The notes beneath the pieces were generated by a model. That model searched no databases and was not told the DNA's origin. It saw nothing but the letters and a program-made list of their open reading frames with translations. Source: an uncultured Gemmatimonadaceae bacterium (GTDB taxonomy: Bacteria > Gemmatimonadota > Gemmatimonadetes > Gemmatimonadales > Gemmatimonadaceae). Taken from it: 64,000 nt of DNA. The stretch lies in NCBI GenBank assembly GCA_963761305.1, contig CAVXGK010000001.1, positions 288,001 to 352,000 of the forward strand. Direction: 5' to 3'. How positions within the stretch are numbered: the first letter of the stretch is position 1; every line of letters begins with the position of its first letter. A program made the position numbers and the translations under genes. This document shows positions 57,539-64,000 of this stretch, piece by piece.

Positions 57539-57871
57539 ATGCCTCCCACTCCAACGCCCCTTCTACAAGGCACGCTCGACCTGCTGATCCTCAAGTGCCT
57601 CACCCTCACCGACATGCACGGACTCGGCGTCGCACGGCGGATCGCGCAGATCACGGGCGGCGCCTACGACGTCAAGCCCGGGTCTTTGTTCCCCGCCCTC
57701 CACCGCCTCGAGGACAACGGTTGGGTCGTCTCGACCTGGGGTGAGTCGGACAACAATCGTCGCGCCAAGTTCTATCGCCTCACCAGTGCCGGCCGAAAGC
57801 GCCTGGCGGTGGAGACCGAGGAGTGGGGACGAGTCTCGGCGGCGATGACCCTCGCCCTCGGGTCGCGCTGA
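57539..57871 (+). CDS. PadR-family regulator (acidobacterial subtype)
   Basis: LLQGTLDLLILK.L, MHGLGVARRI.Q, GSLFPALHRLE..GW, WGESDNNRRAKFYRLT. Confidence 0.93.
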   Translation: MPPTPTPLLQGTLDLLILKCLTLTDMHGLGVARRIAQITGGAYDVKPGSLFPALHRLEDNGWVVSTWGESDNNRRAKFYRLTSAGRKRLAVETEEWGRVSAAMTLALGSR

Positions 57872-57880
57872 GGCCATCCG

Positions 57881-60541
57881 ATGCCGATTCCCCGAATCGT
57901 GGCCCGCATTCGCGCCCTCACGCGCAATCTGTTTCGACGCTCGCGTGTCGAGGACGATCTCAAGGCCGAACTCGGCGCATACGAAGACGGTCTCGTGGCC
58001 GAGAAGATTCGCGGCGGGCTGTCGCCGCGCGACGCCGAGCGGGCGGCGCACATCGAACTCGGCGGTCGCGACGTCGTGATGGAGAACGTGCGCGACACGC
58101 GCTCTGGTGCGCTCGTCGACACGATCCTCCGCGATTTCCGCTTCGCCACGAGGACGCTGGCAAAGACTCCGGCGTTCACCCTCGCCGCCGTGCTCGCGCT
58201 CGCGCTGGGCATCGGCGCGACGACGTCCATTCTCAGCGTCGTGCGCTCGGTGCTTCTCCGCCCGCTCGCCTACGCCGACGCCGACCGACTCGTCGTTCTC
58301 CTGCACGACGGCCGCAATCCGGTGTCGCCGAGAAACTTCGCCGATTGGCGGGAACAGACGCGCAGCTTTGCCGACATGGCGGCCGCCGAGTACTGGTCGC
58401 CGGATCTCACCGGCGGCGCCGATCCGACCCAAGTCACGGCGCTCCACATCACCAGCCGAATGCTGCCGATGCTCGGCGTCGCTCCCGCGCTCGGCCGAAT
58501 GTTCTCTCCCACGGAAGGTCAGCCAGGCAACGAGCACGTCGTCATCCTCGGCTACGGATTCTGGCAGCGCGAGTTCGCCGGACGCACCGCCGTGTTGGGC
58601 GCATCGCTGTCGCTCGACGGAACGATCTACACGGTCATCGGCGTGATGCCGAAGTCGTTCCAGTTCGCGCCGTTTTGGGCGACGCGTGCCGAGCTTTGGG
58701 CGCCGCTCGTCCTGGCAAACCGGGTCAACGACGGAGAGAGTCTGCGCATCTTCGCGCGCTTGGCTCCGGGCGTGACGCTCGACCAGGCGCGAGCGGACGT
58801 CCGTGCCGTCACGGCGCGACTCGAAGCGGCGGATCCGGGCACCAACAGGAACGTCGTCGCCACGCCGCTCAAGGAAAAGGTCGTCGGCGACATTCGCACG
58901 CCGCTCCTCACGCTCTTCGTCGCCGTGACGTTCGTCCTTCTCATCGCGTGCGCGAACGTCGCACACATGCTGCTGGCGCGAGCCAACGCGCGACAGCGGG
59001 AGATCACGCTCCGCACCGCGCTCGGCGCCACTCGCGCCCGGATCGTCGCACAGATGCTCGTCGAGAGCGTGCTGCTCGCGTTCGGCGGCGGCGTGACGGG
59101 GTTTTTGCTCGCGGCCTGGGGAGTTCGCGCTCTCGTCGCGGCGAGCCCTGCGATCATTCCGCGCGTCGCCTCCGTGACGGTCGACGGTGGCGTGCTGCTG
59201 ATCGCCGCCGGCATCTCGGCGGCGACGGTCGTCGTGTTCGGTTTGCTGCCCGCGTTTCGCGCCGCTCGCGTCGACCTGGCCGAAGCGTTTCGAGACGGCG
59301 ACCGCGCGTCGAGCGACGGGCGCGGGCGAGCGAACGTTCGCGACGCGCTCGTCGCATCCGAGTTTGCGCTGGCGCTCTTATTGTTGGTTGGCGCGGGATT
59401 GATGATTCGCACCCTCGTCGCGCTGCAGCGGATCGATCCGGGGATGGATCCGCGGAACGTCGTCTCGATGATCGTCTCAACCGCGGGGACCCCCGCCGCG
59501 GACAGCACGCGCCACGCGGACTTCTATGTGAACTCGCTCGCGCGCGTCCGCGCCGTGCCGGGGGTCGTGTCGGCGAGCTACATCAACCATCGCCCATTCG
59601 ACGGCGACATGTGGGGTTTTGCGTTTCGCGTCGAGGGAGCGCCGCGCCCCCGTCGGGGGGACTGGCCGACGGCGACGTACCGCGTTGCCTTCCCCGGCTA
59701 TTTCGGGACGATGCGCATTCCGATTCTTCGCGGCCGCGACATCGCCGAGACCGACCGCCAAGGCGCTCCCGGCGTGATCGTGATCAACGAGTTCATGGCC
59801 AAGACGCACTGGGGCCCCGGCGTCGATCCGATCGGGCAACGCGTGACGCTCGACGATTCAAACTGGCTCACGGTGATCGGCATCGTGAAGAACCACGTAC
59901 GGGAGAGGCTATCGGCGCCGCCGGAGGAAGAAATGTTTCTGCCATTCGCGCAGAGCCGGGCCTACCTCCAGGGCACCGGCGCCTCGCGCGCGGTGACCCT
60001 CGTCGCTCGCGTGGCCTGTCCGCGACCCGAGTGCGATGCCGCCGCGTTCGCGGCGCCGATCCGGGACGCGATTCGGTCGGTGGAGCGCAACGCACCCGTC
60101 TCCGCGGTGACCACGCTGAGCGCTCTGGCACGTTCGGCGACGGCCGAGTCTCGCTTCTATCTCACGTTGCTCACCGCGTTCGCGATCATCGCTGTGCTTC
60201 TGGCCGCGGTCGGCATCTACGGTGTGATGGCCTACTCGGTGTCGCGACGCACCCACGAGATCGGCATCCGCATCGCACTCGGCGCCGAGCCCGCGTCGGT
60301 GATGCGCGCGATCGTCGCCCGTGGGATCTCCGTCGCCGGCGTGGGAGCTGCGGCGGGCCTCGCCGTCGCACTCGGGCTCACTCGCTTGATGCGCGGCATT
60401 CTATATGGTGTGAGCCCGACCGACGCGTGGACGTTCGCCGCGGTGACGGCGCTTCTCATCGGCGTCGCGCTCGTGGCAGCGTTGGCTCCGGCGATGCGAG
60501 CGACTCGTATCGACCCGTTGGTCGCGCTCCGCTCCGAGTAA
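57881..60541 (+). CDS. ADOP-type duplicated orphan ABC permease (MacB/FtsX x2)
   Basis: LALGIGATTSI.SVV..VLLRPL, LLIACANVAHMLLAR...RQREI, RRTHEIGIRIALGA, RIDPLVALRSE. Confidence 0.93.
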   Translation: MPIPRIVARIRALTRNLFRRSRVEDDLKAELGAYEDGLVAEKIRGGLSPRDAERAAHIELGGRDVVMENVRDTRSGALVDTILRDFRFATRTLAKTPAFTLAAVLALALGIGATTSILSVVRSVLLRPLAYADADRLVVLLHDGRNPVSPRNFADWREQTRSFADMAAAEYWSPDLTGGADPTQVTALHITSRMLPMLGVAPALGRMFSPTEGQPGNEHVVILGYGFWQREFAGRTAVLGASLSLDGTIYTVIGVMPKSFQFAPFWATRAELWAPLVLANRVNDGESLRIFARLAPGVTLDQARADVRAVTARLEAADPGTNRNVVATPLKEKVVGDIRTPLLTLFVAVTFVLLIACANVAHMLLARANARQREITLRTALGATRARIVAQMLVESVLLAFGGGVTGFLLAAWGVRALVAASPAIIPRVASVTVDGGVLLIAAGISAATVVVFGLLPAFRAARVDLAEAFRDGDRASSDGRGRANVRDALVASEFALALLLLVGAGLMIRTLVALQRIDPGMDPRNVVSMIVSTAGTPAADSTRHADFYVNSLARVRAVPGVVSASYINHRPFDGDMWGFAFRVEGAPRPRRGDWPTATYRVAFPGYFGTMRIPILRGRDIAETDRQGAPGVIVINEFMAKTHWGPGVDPIGQRVTLDDSNWLTVIGIVKNHVRERLSAPPEEEMFLPFAQSRAYLQGTGASRAVTLVARVACPRPECDAAAFAAPIRDAIRSVERNAPVSAVTTLSALARSATAESRFYLTLLTAFAIIAVLLAAVGIYGVMAYSVSRRTHEIGIRIALGAEPASVMRAIVARGISVAGVGAAAGLAVALGLTRLMRGILYGVSPTDAWTFAAVTALLIGVALVAALAPAMRATRIDPLVALRSE

Positions 60542-60672
60542 AGCCCGGCGGCGAGACTGGAAATTTTTGTAGCGACGCGCCGGCGTCCTGGATCACGGAG
60601 GAATCGCCGCCGCGGTGACAGGCTTGGGGCGGCCTGGAACGCCGTTTTCTTACCCCAGCCTCTCAGCATTCC

Positions 60673-61122
60673 GTGAGCGAAATCGACTGGAACGTCGAGC
60701 TCCGCAGGATCGAGCGCGAGCACCAAGGGCTGCCGCCAGAACGCACGCGGACACAGCTCCGCCTTCAGAAGATTCAGGACATCGCGGCGAAGGAGCGATT
60801 CAGCGAGCGCCTCGCGCTCGTCGGAATCTGGACCCGATTGGTCCTCGTCGCCGCCCTCACGCTGTCGCTGTTCTGGTGGCCGTACGGCCGCCAGTGCGGC
60901 ATGCCGCTCGTCGCGTTCCTGTTGTCTTACGCGACGGCGATCGTGGGGGGCGTCGCCCTGGCGATACGAACATGGCGCGATCGCATGGCGTGGGCGTTTC
61001 TCACCTCGTCACTCTGCGTCGTCTTCGCCTGGACGATCGTCGCGGCGCACACCCTGCCCCGGCTCGGATATTCGCCGGCGGGCGGCGTGAGCAGCGGATG
61101 GAGATGTTCCGCGAGCCGGTAG
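60673..61122 (+). CDS. Hypothetical membrane protein
   Basis: IDWNVELRRIERE..GLP, WPY...CG..L..FL, LPRLGY; 3 TMs. Confidence 0.75.
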   Translation: MSEIDWNVELRRIEREHQGLPPERTRTQLRLQKIQDIAAKERFSERLALVGIWTRLVLVAALTLSLFWWPYGRQCGMPLVAFLLSYATAIVGGVALAIRTWRDRMAWAFLTSSLCVVFAWTIVAAHTLPRLGYSPAGGVSSGWRCSASR

Positions 61123-61138
61123 CGGCCAGCCGAGCGGT

Positions 61139-61792
61139 TCAGCCGACGTATGTGTAGCTGAACCCTTTCTCCTGCGCCCGATTGGTGACGATCACTCCCG
61201 CCGCCACCACTCGCGCGGTGGGCGTCACCAGATTCGCCCGCAAATCCGCCTCGACGTCGGCCGCGCTCATGCCCGCCTCGCCCGCGACCGTGCGCGCGAG
61301 GCGTGACGTCGCCATGCCGCACACAGCCACGATCACGCCGCGCTTGGCGAGATCGTTTGCGGTGTTCACGTGCGCATTCTTCGTCGCCGGCACGCCGCCC
61401 TCCATCACTTTCTGCGACTCACCCAACTTGTACTTGCTCCACATCGCGTCGTTGAATCCGAACACACTCGCCAGATGGCGGACGCAGACGATCACGTTCA
61501 CGTCGGAGTCCTTGAGCTGGTAGATGGGCCCGGTGTTCGCCGTGAGAAAGTTGCGCGCGAACGCAAAGCCCATCGGCCCGTTCTCGATGCTCGTGCAATC
61601 GTAGATGTTCTTGTGCTGCCCGGTGAGATCGTCGAGCCACGCATCGGCTGGATGCGTCGGCCCGCGCCCGCGCGCCGGCTGTGCGGCTGACGTCGCCGGA
61701 AGTGCGACGATGCCCGCGAGCGCAGCACCGGCCGCGCCAAGTCGGGAAAGGAATGATCGCCGAACGACGGCGTCCTGAGCGTTGGTGTTCAT
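61139..61792 (-). CDS. Tat-exported DsrE/F-like protein
   Basis: VRRSFLSRLG twin-arginine leader; HPADAWLD, VCVRH, RGVIVAVCGMA, V.AGVI...RAQEKGFSY. Confidence 0.75.
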   Translation of the reverse strand: MNTNAQDAVVRRSFLSRLGAAGAALAGIVALPATSAAQPARGRGPTHPADAWLDDLTGQHKNIYDCTSIENGPMGFAFARNFLTANTGPIYQLKDSDVNVIVCVRHLASVFGFNDAMWSKYKLGESQKVMEGGVPATKNAHVNTANDLAKRGVIVAVCGMATSRLARTVAGEAGMSAADVEADLRANLVTPTARVVAAGVIVTNRAQEKGFSYTYVG

Positions 61793-61951
61793 GATGGCGA
61801 GCGAAAGGGGGACGTATGACGCGAGCGGGGGGGGCCCGAACCTCGACAAGTTCTGACGCAAAGCGACCTGCACCGGAATCTACGGCGACTGCCATCGGTT
61901 GGCTTTCGGGGATCGTTCCATGCGGTGAACGGCCCGTGCCCGGAGGTTGCC

Positions 61952-62824
61952 ATGAGCACGACCACGAATCAGTCGCTCACGATGATCGCCTCGCTCGTGC
62001 TTGGCGCCATCGTCCTTCTCGTTCTCCTGTTGCGTTGCATCAACATCCTGCGGCAATACGAGCGCGGCGTCGTGTTTCGCCTGGGCCGGGCGATGCAGAG
62101 CGAACGGGGCCCCGGGTTCGTGTTCATCTTCTGGCCCATCGACAAACTCGTACGAGTTTCGCTTCGCATCGTCACCTGGGACGTGCCGACACAGGACGTC
62201 ATCACGCGCGACAACGTCTCGCTCAAGGTAAATGCGGTCGTCTACTATCGCGTCACCGACGCCAAGAAGGCCATCATCGAGGTCGAGAACTTTCGGTATG
62301 CCGTCGAGCAGGCCGCGCAGACCGGACTCCGATCTGTGCTCGGTGAAGTGGAGTTGGACGATCTTCTCGCCGAGCGCGCCAAGCTGAACGCTCGACTGCA
62401 AGCGATCCTCGACGAACAGACCGAGATATGGGGCGTGAAGGTGACGCAGGTCCAGGTCAAGCAAGTCGACCTGCCGCAGGAGATGCAGCGCGCCATCGCG
62501 GCCCAGGCCGAGGCCGAGCGCACTCGCCGAGCCAAGATCATCGCCGCGCAGGGAGAGTTTCAGGCGGCGACGAAACTGGCCGAGGCCGCGGCCGTGCTGA
62601 ACCGCGAGCCGATTTCGGTGACCCTGCGCTATTTGCAAACGCTCATCGAGATCGGGTCGGAGCAGAACACGACGATCGTGTTCCCACTGCCGTTGGAGCT
62701 CCTTGGCCTGAATCGACAGCCAGGTCTCATGGAGAGAGCACGACCAGCGGCGGTCCAGCCGCCGGGCGCCGGTGGTGGCCGATTTGTGGACGGCGATGGA
62801 ACGGATGGGCGCCAGGCGCCGTGA
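61952..62824 (+). CDS. Slipin/stomatin (SPFH, band 7) protein
   Basis: [65 protein letters not shown]. Confidence 0.93.
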   Translation: MSTTTNQSLTMIASLVLGAIVLLVLLLRCINILRQYERGVVFRLGRAMQSERGPGFVFIFWPIDKLVRVSLRIVTWDVPTQDVITRDNVSLKVNAVVYYRVTDAKKAIIEVENFRYAVEQAAQTGLRSVLGEVELDDLLAERAKLNARLQAILDEQTEIWGVKVTQVQVKQVDLPQEMQRAIAAQAEAERTRRAKIIAAQGEFQAATKLAEAAAVLNREPISVTLRYLQTLIEIGSEQNTTIVFPLPLELLGLNRQPGLMERARPAAVQPPGAGGGRFVDGDGTDGRQAP

Positions 62825-62917
62825 GACGAAAGGGTTGGTGATTTCCGGCTCCCTTCCCGTGATCTGTTGCCCGTTGATCCCGTCCGCGCCGCCCCTCATG
62901 TTCCCGGATGGCCATCC

Positions 62918-64000
62918 ATGAACTGCGGCCGTCGCGCGCCATCGGCACTCGCCCTTCTCGTCGGTGCTTTCTTCACCGCCGAAGAAGTCTTCATGGACCT
63001 CGCGCGCCATCGCCCCGAGCTGACCAATAAGGATCTCGTCAACAGCATCGAATTCTGGGCGGTCTGGGTCGCGCTCACACCACTCGCCCTCCTCGCCGCT
63101 CGGCGGTGGCCGTTCAGCGGACGTGTCGGCGTGCGGTTGGTCGTTTTCCACTCCATGGCGGCGCTCGGCCTCGCCACGCTGCACAACATCATCGTCATCG
63201 GGGTGCAGCTCGTCGTCGCCCAATTGAACCGTCAGACGGTCGGGCTCGCGACGGCGGACTACGCGAACCCCACAGCCTTCGTGTGGGGCGTGTTCACCGG
63301 GCTGATCTTCTATGCCCTTATCGTCATCGTCTTCAACTCTCTGCGACTTCGCGGTCTCTACGCCGCCGAGCAAACGAGCCGAGCGGCGATTGCGGCCGAG
63401 CTTTCCGAGGTGAAGCTCGAGAGCCTGCGTTCGCAGCTTCGCCCGCACTTTCTGTTCAACACGCTCAACGCCATCTCGGTGCTCGTGAACGAGGACGCGC
63501 ACGTGGCGCAGCGAATGATCCTCCGCCTGTCCACGCTCTTGCGGCGCAGCCTCGACGAGGATGCGCACCAAGTGGCGCTGCGGCAGGAGCTCGCGTTCGT
63601 GAACGACTATTTGGACATCCAGCGAGCGCGCTTCGGCGATCGCCTGAACGTCGAACTGGCGATCGCGCCGGACGCATTGCCGGCGCTCGTGCCGGTCTTC
63701 CTGCTTCAACCGTTGCTGGAGAACGCGATCGAGTACGGCAAGGCGGACGGCGCGCGCACCGCCGTCTCGCTTACCGCGACGCGCGAACACGGCGATCTGC
63801 GCATCGTGCTCGCCGATGACGGCCCCGGACTCGCGCCCGGGTCGGCGCGTGAGGGCGTTGGACTCGGCAACACGCGGGCTCGGCTTCAGCAGATGTACGG
63901 CGCGCGCGCGACAGTCGCTCTCGGGCCGGCGCGCCCGGAGGTCCCGACCGGCTCGCCGGGCCGCGGGGCCCGGGTCGACATCCGCATCCCGTACTTCGAG
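62918..64000 (+). CDS. LytS/YehU-type sensor histidine kinase (runs off window end)
   Basis: Translated by hand: N-terminal TMs, LRSQLRPHFLFNTLNAIS, LQPLLENAI, DDGPG, GVGLGNTRARL. Confidence 0.9.
   Translation, partial: MNCGRRAPSALALLVGAFFTAEEVFMDLARHRPELTNKDLVNSIEFWAVWVALTPLALLAARRWPFSGRVGVRLVVFHSMAALGLATLHNIIVIGVQLVVAQLNRQTVGLATADYANPTAFVWGVFTGLIFYALIVIVFNSLRLRGLYAAEQTSRAAIAAELSEVKLESLRSQLRPHFLFNTLNAISVLVNEDAHVAQRMILRLSTLLRRSLDEDAHQVALRQELAFVNDYLDIQRARFGDRLNVELAIAPDALPALVPVFLLQPLLENAIEYGKADGARTAVSLTATREHGDLRIVLADDGPGLAPGSAREGVGLGNTRARLQQMYGARATVALGPARPEVPTGSPGRGARVDIRIPYFE

Noticed and set aside
57823..60618. 931-aa Arg-rich ORF and similar long overlapping ORFs (e.g. 20462-22579, 33970-35562, 61880-63790)
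   Set aside because: Alternate-frame or antisense shadows of real genes, typical of very GC-rich DNA; no motifs, and Arg/Ala/Pro-biased composition.

Overview
A 64 kb, very GC-rich bacterial chromosomal segment, densely coding, with no rRNA, tRNA, CRISPR array, integrase or transposase that I can see. Gene content (PadR-linked duplicated orphan ABC permeases, a moxR/DUF4350/DUF4129 operon, a TonB-type receptor) suggests a diderm soil organism such as Gemmatimonadota or Acidobacteriota; this is inference. Family names are recognised from memory of motifs, not from database searches. Layout: (1) 1-9.5 kb: moxR operon, secreted proteins, an alternative sigma-70, ArsR and an orphan OmpR-type regulator behind a perfect LacI-like palindrome. 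(2) ~9.5-42 kb: a large accessory block with a Cys-type sulfatase, its formylglycine-generating enzyme, three DUF1254/DUF1214 proteins, many envelope DUF proteins and a signalling hub. The hub has three complete histidine kinases, one kinase-like protein with a degenerate ATP-binding domain, two FixJ/StyR-type regulators, three stand-alone receivers and a degenerate COG0523 GTPase. (3) 42-50 kb: stress and stationary-phase genes (Dps, YciF-like ferritin, pyrophosphatase, a PolX-like PHP protein lacking the polymerase core, a small basic protein). (4) 50-64 kb: TonB-type receptor, ArsR/NIPSNAP/ABM, PadR with two ADOP permeases, slipin and a partial LytS kinase. The best candidate for an undescribed system is block 2. 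A 16-bp palindrome (TTGGAC-N4-GTCCAA, looser TTGG-N8-CCAA) recurs upstream of about nine of its transcription units, and I did not see it outside the block. This points to a self-contained regulon run by the locally encoded FixJ-type regulators. Other signals: a dispersed 8-bp tandem repeat found in two 5' leaders and in frame inside a gene, a 13-bp tandem array, an internally deleted sulfatase, a possible ATC start codon and a single-base frameshift.
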